A stretch of DNA of 64,000 nt. Source: an uncultured Oscillospiraceae bacterium. Lineage in GTDB: Bacteria > Bacillota > Clostridia > Christensenellales > Aristaeellaceae. The stretch's first letter is position 1. Every line of letters starts with the position of its first letter. The stretch lies in contig CAYFSQ010000001.1 in NCBI GenBank assembly GCA_964345895.1, positions 6,456-70,455 on the forward strand. The letters run 5' to 3'. The position numbers and the translations under genes are program-made. Positions 57,704 to 64,000 of this stretch are shown here, in pieces. Below the pieces are notes generated by a model that was not told the DNA's origin, did not search any database, and was given only the letters and a program-made list of their open reading frames with translations.

Positions 57704-58362
57704 GCATGGAAACAATGATTCCCCTGTTATGGCAAGGCTTACTGGAAACCCTGGAGATGACCATCCCCGCGACTTTGTTTTCCTACCTCATTGGTATGCC
57801 CCTGGGCATCCTCCTGGTGGTGACGCGCAAGGATCACATCATGCCCAACATCAAGCTCAATGCCATCCTCGGCACCATTGTTAACTTCCTGCGCTCCATT
57901 CCATTCATCATCCTGCTGGCGATGCTCTTTCCTGTAACCCGCATCGTGATGGGCCGCGCCATCGGGACCCGCGCCATCATCTTCCCCCTGATTATCAGCG
58001 CATTTCCCTATGTTGCCCGCATGACGGAGGGGGCCCTCATCGAGGTGGACCGAGGCATCATCGAAGCAGCCCAGTCCATGGGCTCCACCAACAGCCAGAT
58101 TATCTTCAAAGTGCTGATTCCCGAAGCCATGCCCTCCATCATCAACGGCGCTGCCATCAGCATGGTTAACATCCTTGGTTATACCGCCATGGCCAGCGCG
58201 GCAGGCGGCGGGGGATTGGGATCCATCGCCATCATCAAAGGCATCAACATCCGCAAGTTGGATGTCATGTATGCGGCCAGCATCCTGCTGGTGTTCCTGG
58301 TACAAACCATCACCGTTACCGGCACAGGTGTGTCGAAAAAAATAGATCACAGAAGTCGCTAA
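57700..58362 (+). CDS. metI: Methionine ABC transporter permease
   Basis: 220-aa, 5-TM BPD-type permease. ATGA overlap with metN. Confidence 0.9.
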   Translation: MSMETMIPLLWQGLLETLEMTIPATLFSYLIGMPLGILLVVTRKDHIMPNIKLNAILGTIVNFLRSIPFIILLAMLFPVTRIVMGRAIGTRAIIFPLIISAFPYVARMTEGALIEVDRGIIEAAQSMGSTNSQIIFKVLIPEAMPSIINGAAISMVNILGYTAMASAAGGGGLGSIAIIKGINIRKLDVMYAASILLVFLVQTITVTGTGVSKKIDHRSR

Positions 58363-58379
58363 TTTGGAAGGAGACTCCC

Positions 58380-59210
58380 ATGAAAAAGACCATCGCATTG
58401 GTACTTACCCTTATCCTGGCCCTCAGCGCCGTCACCGCCCTTGCAGCAGAAAAGCTGACCATTGGTGCTACCTCCAACCCCCACTACATCATCCTGGACT
58501 TTGTCAAGGACGACCTGAAAGAACTGGGCTACGACCTGGAGCTGGTCGAGTTCTCAGACTATGTGCTGCCCAACCAGGCCACCGCTGCCGGCGAATTAGA
58601 CGCCAACTTCTTCCAGCACAAACCCCACATGGTGGCCTTCAACACTGAAGTGCCAGAGAACGAGCAGTTAGTAGAAGTTCTGGGCGTGCACTATGAGCCC
58701 TTTGGCATCTACCCCGGCACAAAGAAATCCCTGGACGACATCACCAAAGGCGATAGCGTGCTGGTACCCAACGACCCCTCCAACGAAGCGCGTGCCCTGT
58801 TCCTCCTTCAGGACAAAGGCCTGATTACCCTGCCGGAGAACGCACAGCTGACCGATAAGCTGACCAAGCTGGACGTGGTGGACAACCCCTACGAATTGGA
58901 ACTGGTGGAAGTGAACGCAGAGCTGATTCCCTCCATGCTGGAAGATGCCAGCTTCGCCACCATCAACGGCAACTATGCCATCGCCGCAGGCTTCAGCCCT
59001 GCCAAGGATTCCCTGTTCCTGGAGCCGGTGGATGGCACCAGCGGCCAAACCTACATCAACTACGTTGTTGTTCGCCAGGATAAAGTGAATGAGCCCTTCG
59101 TGGAAGCGCTGAAAAAGGTGCTCTTCACTCAGAAGGTGAAGGAATTCATCGAAAACAGTGAAGACTTTGGCGGCGGCGTCATCCCCGTGTTCGAGGTTCC
59201 CGCCCAGTAA
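58380..59210 (+). CDS. metQ: MetQ/NlpA family methionine-binding protein
   Basis: Signal peptide followed by the KLTIGATSNPH...FQH.P pattern of MetQ/NlpA. No Cys anywhere, so no lipobox. Confidence 0.9.
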   Translation: MKKTIALVLTLILALSAVTALAAEKLTIGATSNPHYIILDFVKDDLKELGYDLELVEFSDYVLPNQATAAGELDANFFQHKPHMVAFNTEVPENEQLVEVLGVHYEPFGIYPGTKKSLDDITKGDSVLVPNDPSNEARALFLLQDKGLITLPENAQLTDKLTKLDVVDNPYELELVEVNAELIPSMLEDASFATINGNYAIAAGFSPAKDSLFLEPVDGTSGQTYINYVVVRQDKVNEPFVEALKKVLFTQKVKEFIENSEDFGGGVIPVFEVPAQ

Positions 59211-59226
59211 TGTAAGCAAGCCAACA

Positions 59227-59249
59227 GGCCCCCTCAAACTGAGGGGGCC
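59227..59249 (+). terminator. Perfect 9-bp hairpin after metQ (terminator module copy A, no U-tract)
   Basis: GGCCCCCTC-aaact-GAGGGGGCC followed by TGCTGATTG. Confidence 0.45.
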
Positions 59250-59291
59250 TGCTGATTGTCAAAGAAAACTGTATAGGACGAAAGGGGAGGT

Positions 59292-59461
59292 GTAGGAGGG
59301 GGCACCCCTCCTACTGTAATCCGCATCAGCGGCGTGTACGGTGATGCGGAAAGCCTTGCGTAGCAAGGGTTTCCTTGCCGTTTGCCGCCCGGGAGCATAG
59401 CGAGAGGCAAACGGCCCATCGTTCCAAACGTCAAAAAAGGGTCTGAAAGACCTTTTTTGAC
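59292..59461 (+). other. Cluster of five stem-loops (candidate sRNA / 3'UTR element / REP-like insert)
   Basis: Five stem-loops. (1) GTAGGAGGGG-gca-CCCCTCCTAC, 59292-59314. (2) CCGCATCA-13 nt-TGATGCGG, 59321-49. (3) CCTTGC-gta-GCAAGG, 59354-68. (4) GCCGTTTGCC-19 nt-GGCAAACGGC, 59377-59415. (5) GTCAAAAAAGG-...-CCTTTTTTGAC, 59430-61. No credible ORF. Confidence 0.4.
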
Positions 59462-59469
59462 GAATTGAG

Positions 59470-59495
59470 GCCTCCTCAAACTGAGGGGGCTTTTT
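59470..59495 (+). terminator. Intrinsic terminator (module copy B, with U-tract)
   Basis: GCCTCCTC-aaact-GAGGGGGC followed by TTTTT. Same loop and 3' arm as copy A. Confidence 0.75.
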
Positions 59496-59565
59496 CGCAC
59501 AAAGAAAAGGCAGATTAATGGCAGAAAACATGGTACAATAGCCCAAACTGAAGGAGGATTTTATC

Positions 59566-60159
59566 ATGGAAGCAGGATTGACACGCGAAGAGGCCTTGGC
59601 ACTTTTACTTAAGTACAACAAGCAGCCTTTCCATATTCAGCACGCGCTGACGCTGGAAGGCGTCATGCGTTGGTTTGCCATCGATCAAGGTTTTGAAAAC
59701 GAACAGGACTTTTGGGCCATTGCCGGGCTTGTCCACGATGTGGACTTTGAAATGTGGCCGGAAGAGCATTGCAAAAAAGCCTATGAGCTTCTAAAGGAAG
59801 CCGGGGCAACAGAAGAGTTGATTCATGCTGTGCAAAGCCACGGCACGGGGATATGTATCAACGTCCCCACCGAGCATCACATGGAAAAGGTGATGTATGC
59901 TGTAGACGAGTTGACGGGCCTGGCAGGCGCTGCTGCGCTGATGCGCCCCTCCAAGTCGGTGCAGGATATGGAGCTTAAGAGCCTGAAAAAGAAATTTAAG
60001 GACAAGGCTTTTGCGGCTGGTTGCTCCCGGGATGTCATCACCAAGGGTGCGCAGGAACTGGGCTGGGAGTTGGATACCCTGTTGCAGAAAACCCTGGAAG
60101 CCATGCGGGATTGTGAAGAGAGTGTATCACAGGAACTTAGCCGCCTGACACAGGCTTAA
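59566..60159 (+). CDS. HD domain-containing phosphohydrolase
   Basis: H...HD pattern (HALTLEGVM...GLVHDVDFE...H). GAAGGAGG SD. Confidence 0.75.
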   Translation: MEAGLTREEALALLLKYNKQPFHIQHALTLEGVMRWFAIDQGFENEQDFWAIAGLVHDVDFEMWPEEHCKKAYELLKEAGATEELIHAVQSHGTGICINVPTEHHMEKVMYAVDELTGLAGAAALMRPSKSVQDMELKSLKKKFKDKAFAAGCSRDVITKGAQELGWELDTLLQKTLEAMRDCEESVSQELSRLTQA

Positions 60160-60162
60160 AGC

Positions 60163-60846
60163 ATGCAATACAATGTACTGAACCTGGTCGCCATCTCAGC
60201 CGGGGGCTTTCTTGGCTTGTTGTTTCGCAAGAAGCTGCCCATGCACCTGGTGGACGCCGCCAAGGTGATGGCCAACCTGTGCATCCTGGTGGTGGGCATA
60301 CAGGGTGCTATTGCTACGAACAATATGATGCTGATGCTGATCAGCGCTGTGATAGGCGGGGTGGTGGGCACCGCCCTTGGAATCGATGACGGTTTCCAGC
60401 GCCTGGGAGATAAATTGAAAAGTCTGGCCAAAAGTGAGGATGCTCCCTTTAGTCAAGGCTTTGTTACGGTATTTATGATGCAGTGCATCGGTTCCATGGC
60501 CATCCTGGGCCCCATCAATGCTGCGCTGAAGGGGGACGGCACCATTCTGGTGCTAAAATCGGTGCTGGACTTTACCTCCACCCTGGTGTACGGCACCATT
60601 TATGGTAGCGGTGTGCTACTCTCCGGCCCCCTTGTATTTCTTTATCAGGGGGTTATTTATCTGGCGGCAGGCCTTTTATCGCCCCTGCTTACCCCACAAA
60701 CCATCACAGAGATTGGCGCTGTCGGCAGCCTGCTTATTATGGCATTATCGCTGAATCTGCTTGATATCATTAAAATCAAATTGGCGGATTATCTGCCTGC
60801 TATGCTGGGGCCTGTGCTCTATTATTTTCTTTTAAATATCTTCTGA
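60163..60846 (+). CDS. DUF554 family membrane protein
   Basis: LNLVAISAGGFLG...FMMQCIGSMAILGPINAAL.GDGTIL..KSVLDF...LYQGVIYLAAGLL, typical DUF554 (YdfK/YqgA-like). Confidence 0.75.
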   Translation: MQYNVLNLVAISAGGFLGLLFRKKLPMHLVDAAKVMANLCILVVGIQGAIATNNMMLMLISAVIGGVVGTALGIDDGFQRLGDKLKSLAKSEDAPFSQGFVTVFMMQCIGSMAILGPINAALKGDGTILVLKSVLDFTSTLVYGTIYGSGVLLSGPLVFLYQGVIYLAAGLLSPLLTPQTITEIGAVGSLLIMALSLNLLDIIKIKLADYLPAMLGPVLYYFLLNIF

Positions 60847-60908
60847 TACTTGACGGGAACAGCAAATCTTCAGTAAAATAGAAAAAGAATATCCATGGAG
60901 GTGATGTT

Positions 60909-62381
60909 TTGTCCGCACTCCGAAGCAAATTAAAGGAAGTCCTTGCCGCTGTTCTGCCTGTGGTGATCATCGTACTGATTTTGCATTTCACCATCGCGCC
61001 CCTGGAGGCAGGGTTGCTGAGTAAATTCTTGGTAGGTGGGGTATTGATTATTGTCGGCCTAACGATTTTTTTGTTTGGTATCGACCAAAGCATAGATCCC
61101 ATCGGTCAGGGCATCGGCAGCATGCTGGCGCATTCAGGTAAAAAGATATTGGTCGTTGTGGTGGGTTTGGTGCTGGGGTTCTTCATCTCCTTCGCCGAAC
61201 CTGATTTGCATATCCTGGCGGGGCAGGTCTCCAGCATCACGGCCGGCCAGTTTTCTCATATGGTTATGGTGGCGGTGGTGTCCATTGGCATCGGTGTGAT
61301 GATGACCATGGCAATGCTGCGCATACTGAAGAACATTCCACTAAAATACGCCTTTTTAATGGCCTATGGCCTGATCTTGGTGTTGTCCCTGTTTTCTTCC
61401 AGCGACTTTCTGGCTATTGCCTTTGACGCATCGGGCGCCACCACCGGTGCGCTGACAACGCCCTTTATGCTGGCCCTTGCTGCTGGCGTATCTGCCATGA
61501 AGAAGGACACCAAGTCCAGTGAGGTGGACAGCTTTGGGCTGGTGGGTATGTCATCCACTGGCGCCATCATTGGTGTGCTGTCAGCAGGTCTTCTGATGGG
61601 CATCGATAAGCTGACAGGTACCATGCCCCAGGCGGAGCCCGCCGCCGCGAACCTGCTAAGCACCTATGGCGGATTGTTCCTCAAGGAAGGCCAGTCCACC
61701 CTGTTGTCCCTGGCGCCCATCGTGCTGTCCTACATCTTCTTCCAGAAGGTTTTCCTTAAACAAAGCCGGGAGGCAGTGTCCTCCATCACCAAAGGCTTGC
61801 TGATGACCTATATCGGCCTGGTGCTGTTTCTAACCGGCGTCAACGGCGGGTTTATGGAGGTAGGGCGCGACGTGGGGATGAGCCTGGCCAGCATGGACAG
61901 CAAGGTGCCCGTGCTGCTGGTGTCCTTTGTTCTGGGGCTTGTCACCGTTCTGGCAGAACCTGCCGTTATCGTGTTGACCCACCAGGTTGAGGACATTACC
62001 GGCGGCTATGTACGCCGTCCCCTGGTGCTGATTTTCTTATCCATTGCCGTTGGGCTGGCCATCTTCATGGCAACGCTGCGCATCCTGGTGCCCGGCGTCC
62101 AGCTGTGGATGTACCTGCTGCTGGGCTTTGGTGGCGCGGTGGCGTTGGCATTTTACACCCCAGATCTTTTTGTGGGCATGGCGTTTGACGCCGGCGGCGT
62201 TGCTTCCGGACCGATGACTGCGACCTTCAGCCTGGCCTTCGTGCAGGGCATCGCCATACAGACCCCCAATGCAGACATTGTTGCCGACGGTTTCGGTATG
62301 ATTGCCATCGTTGCCATGATGCCGGTCATCGCACTGCAGGTATTGGGCGTGCTCTACAATCTTAAGACGAAAAAGAAGTAA
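60909..62381 (+). CDS. Membrane protein with two fused DUF1538-like halves
   Basis: TTG start 7 nt after GGAGG. 490-aa polytopic protein. The motif AEP(D/A)(L/V)x(I/V)Lx(G/H)QV(S/E)xIT occurs once in each half (SFAEPDLHILAGQVSSIT and VLAEPAVIVLTHQVEDIT). Confidence 0.7.
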   Translation: MSALRSKLKEVLAAVLPVVIIVLILHFTIAPLEAGLLSKFLVGGVLIIVGLTIFLFGIDQSIDPIGQGIGSMLAHSGKKILVVVVGLVLGFFISFAEPDLHILAGQVSSITAGQFSHMVMVAVVSIGIGVMMTMAMLRILKNIPLKYAFLMAYGLILVLSLFSSSDFLAIAFDASGATTGALTTPFMLALAAGVSAMKKDTKSSEVDSFGLVGMSSTGAIIGVLSAGLLMGIDKLTGTMPQAEPAAANLLSTYGGLFLKEGQSTLLSLAPIVLSYIFFQKVFLKQSREAVSSITKGLLMTYIGLVLFLTGVNGGFMEVGRDVGMSLASMDSKVPVLLVSFVLGLVTVLAEPAVIVLTHQVEDITGGYVRRPLVLIFLSIAVGLAIFMATLRILVPGVQLWMYLLLGFGGAVALAFYTPDLFVGMAFDAGGVASGPMTATFSLAFVQGIAIQTPNADIVADGFGMIAIVAMMPVIALQVLGVLYNLKTKKK

Positions 62382-62390
62382 GGAGGACCT

Positions 62391-63071
62391 ATGTCTACCA
62401 GCCATTCCCGCGTACAGGTGCTGACGCTGATCCTCACCCCGGAACAAAGCGCAGCGCTGTCTAAACAGGCGCGGAAGCATCACCTGAGTGTTACCAAGAT
62501 ATTAGCCAAAGGCACCGTAGCCAGCCATTTTTTCCAAATGCTGGGCATCACCAGCGACCGGAGGGAATTGGTCAGCATTCTGATGTCAAAAGAAAATGCG
62601 ATGGAATTTATTGACGTGCTGCATGATAAACTGCAGCTTGATAACCCTGGGCATGGTATTGCGTATTTAACCGACGTGCTGGCTTGTGTCGGCACCCATA
62701 ACGGCACCCAAATAACGCTGGATGAAACTGCCAGCCTGTATCCGGAGGAGAATATGTTTCATAAAATTACCGTGGTGGTTGAACGTGGAAATGCTGAGGA
62801 CGTCATGGAGGCAGCCCGCGGCGCAGGCGCTCGGGGCGGCACCATCCTGCATGGGCGCGGTTCCAGCGGCAAGGAAGCCCGGACGATATTCGGCATGGAA
62901 ATTGAACCGGAAAAGGAGATTATCATTATTTTAACACCCACAGCCATCACTAGGCAGGTGTTCGATGCAGTGGCCGAAAAGATGGATATCGAAACCCCTG
63001 GCAAAGGAATTATGTACATCGAGCCCTTGGCGGGCACCCGTGGTTTGTTGGAAAGCACCCAAGCTGAATAA
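62391..63071 (+). CDS. Tandem PII-like (nitrogen regulatory protein P-II family) protein
   Basis: 226 aa. The second half, KITVVVERGNAEDVMEAARGAGARGGTILHGRGSSG...IIIILT, is PII-like. The first half (VLTLILTPEQSAAL...AKGT...LVSILM) looks like a degenerate copy. Confidence 0.65.
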   Translation: MSTSHSRVQVLTLILTPEQSAALSKQARKHHLSVTKILAKGTVASHFFQMLGITSDRRELVSILMSKENAMEFIDVLHDKLQLDNPGHGIAYLTDVLACVGTHNGTQITLDETASLYPEENMFHKITVVVERGNAEDVMEAARGAGARGGTILHGRGSSGKEARTIFGMEIEPEKEIIIILTPTAITRQVFDAVAEKMDIETPGKGIMYIEPLAGTRGLLESTQAE

Positions 63072-63074
63072 GAA

Positions 63075-63113
63075 AAATCCCCCGGACTCTGGTCCAATGG
63101 GGGATTTCTCTTT
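63075..63113. terminator. Terminator between convergent PII-like and TetR genes
   Basis: AAATCCCCC-(GGAC-tctg-GTCC)aat-GGGGGATTT followed by CTCTTTCC. Confidence 0.65.
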
Positions 63114-63129
63114 CCTTTAGGTTCTGGCT

Positions 63130-63696
63130 TTACTTGTCTGCTGCAGTCATGCCATTTATCAGTGCATTCAACAGCCGGGCAAAGAGGTTGGCAATTTCCT
63201 GGGGAGTTTCCTTAAAATTGCGGGATGCCCAGTGTCCTACCAGGCCGACACAGCCCTGGATATAGAAATTGTACACATACTCCAAATCATCCGGATTGAT
63301 GCCCGATTCGCCCCACTGCCGCAGTACTTTGTCGCTGGAGATTGTCAGGATGCTGCGAAGAAAATCCTCATTGCCGTTCTTGCCGAGCAAAGCGGCATAG
63401 ACTTCGCGGTTTTCGTAGATAATCTCGAAAATACTGTTCAACATATCCTGCTGGGGATGGATTAAATCGTTTGTATTAATTTTTTCCCGAATGGAATTAT
63501 AAAACTCCTTTTCGATGCTACGCAGCAAATCACCTACCCCCTGGTAGTGCAGGTAGAAAGTACTGCGGTTGATATCAGCTTCCTCGCACAGGGTAGTGAT
63601 GGTAATCTTATCAACGGGGGTATCCTTCATCAGGGTCAGAAGGGTATTACGCAACAGTAACTTGGTCAGCTTTACGCGACGATTTTCTTTTTTCAT
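63130..63696 (-). CDS. TetR/AcrR family transcriptional regulator
   Basis: N-terminal HTH ITITTLCEEADINRSTFYLHY. Resembles the DhaS-like TetR subgroup. Confidence 0.85.
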   Translation of the reverse strand: MKKENRRVKLTKLLLRNTLLTLMKDTPVDKITITTLCEEADINRSTFYLHYQGVGDLLRSIEKEFYNSIREKINTNDLIHPQQDMLNSIFEIIYENREVYAALLGKNGNEDFLRSILTISSDKVLRQWGESGINPDDLEYVYNFYIQGCVGLVGHWASRNFKETPQEIANLFARLLNALINGMTAADK

Positions 63697-63741
63697 GGTT
63701 CTCCTCCCCGTAACATTGCAGTGTGCCGAATCTAAGACATA

Positions 63742-63765
63742 ATTTCAGTAATTAATGATTGAAAT
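63742..63765. promoter_or_regulatory. Imperfect 24-bp palindrome, candidate TetR operator
   Basis: ATTTCAGTAATT/AATGATTGAAAT. Within 63743-63764 the two 11-nt half-sites match at 9 of 11 positions. It lies in the divergent TetR/epimerase intergenic region. A third half-site, CTGAAA, is at 63773-78. Confidence 0.35.
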
Positions 63766-63856
63766 AATCGTGCTGAAAGTAAAATACAAAGAGGGGGCAT
63801 TGTCAAAGAAAAATCAACGCATTGTCTATTAACCAACCTGGAAGGGGTGTAAAAAC

Positions 63857-64000
63857 ATGGTGTTTTATATTACAGGGGGTGCGGGGTATCTGGGCAGCAA
63901 TATCATCAGGGCTTTGCTGCAAGAGGGGCATACAGTCTGCACCCTGGTGCTGCCAAAGGATCCAGCGGCTGCGCAATTGCCTGAAGGCACGTTGATCATG
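63857..64000 (+). CDS. NAD-dependent epimerase/dehydratase family protein, N-terminal fragment (3' end outside window)
   Basis: ATG 63857 after GGAAGGGG. Rossmann motif ITGGAGYLGSNI. Confidence 0.75.
   Translation, partial: MVFYITGGAGYLGSNIIRALLQEGHTVCTLVLPKDPAAAQLPEGTLIM

Noticed and set aside
59345-59415. Possible c-di-GMP-I (GEMM-like) motifs: GGAAAGCC and GGCAAACGG.
   Set aside because: The two motif-like strings are in the wrong order relative to the riboswitch as I recall it. The surrounding helices do not fit. The region sits between terminators rather than in a 5' leader.
59234-59621. Two minus-strand ORFs (88 and 120 aa) across the metQ-HD intergenic region.
   Set aside because: They run through the stacked palindromic hairpins (which keep both strands open by symmetry), have no SD, and have an implausible Pro/Gly/Arg-rich composition.
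1-64000. CRISPR arrays, IS elements, prophage or integrative elements, and toxin-antitoxin pairs.
   Set aside because: No spaced direct-repeat array, no transposase, integrase or recombinase-like ORF, and no small overlapping two-gene cassette with TA-like features was seen. The only repeated DNA is the terminator module near 59.2-59.5 kb and short regulatory-scale repeats.

Overview
GC-rich (mid-50s % by eye, not computed) chromosomal segment that reads like the core genome of a Clostridia/Oscillospiraceae-type Firmicute, not an accessory island. I count about 66 densely packed protein genes. I recognised no rRNA, tRNA, CRISPR array, transposase, integrase or phage gene. Gene blocks, in order:
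- msrB fragment
- Lsa-type ABC-F gene with a leader
- VOC/glyoxalase, nudC, pyk and purB
- an FRG-domain gene heading a string with an orphan Na+-decarboxylase beta subunit, a 37-codon OadG-like ORF and a membrane-anchored hydrolase
- yerC(hisR)-hisZGDCBAF-hisIE operon, which lacks hisH
- DUF1275, TIGR01440, sfsA, yggS, DsrE-like, ogt and pirin
- a divergent second pyruvate-kinase-like gene
- manA, DUF1667, pepV, patB, a methyltransferase and rsuA (reading on the minus strand the order is reversed)
- uvrA with a translationally coupled Cys-rich miniprotein
- a nine-gene V-type ATPase operon with a Na+-site signature
- mfd-pth-purR
- tig-clpP-clpX-lon-engB
- secG and a second ABC-F gene
- metNIQ
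- HD hydrolase, DUF554, a fused double-DUF1538 membrane protein plus a tandem PII-like protein
- TetR regulator and the start of an epimerase

The most unusual signal is non-coding. Between a consensus promoter and metN lies a 25-codon ORF in which 7 of 9 consecutive codons are AUG (plus 3 Cys codons), followed by a strong intrinsic terminator. This is a candidate leader-peptide methionine attenuator at a position where an S-box or T-box would be expected. Second-tier signals:
- a roughly 270-nt hairpin-rich spacer after metQ, bracketed by two copies of the same terminator module
- an attenuator-like leader with a 5-codon uORF in front of the Lsa-type ABC-F gene
- the DUF1538/PII-like pair
- the pyruvate-kinase paralogue
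- the uvrA-coupled zinc-ribbon miniprotein

All product calls rest on motif recognition in the supplied translations. No database search, RNA folding or statistics were run. Several starts were trimmed from the longest-ORF track to the first start codon with a Shine-Dalgarno.
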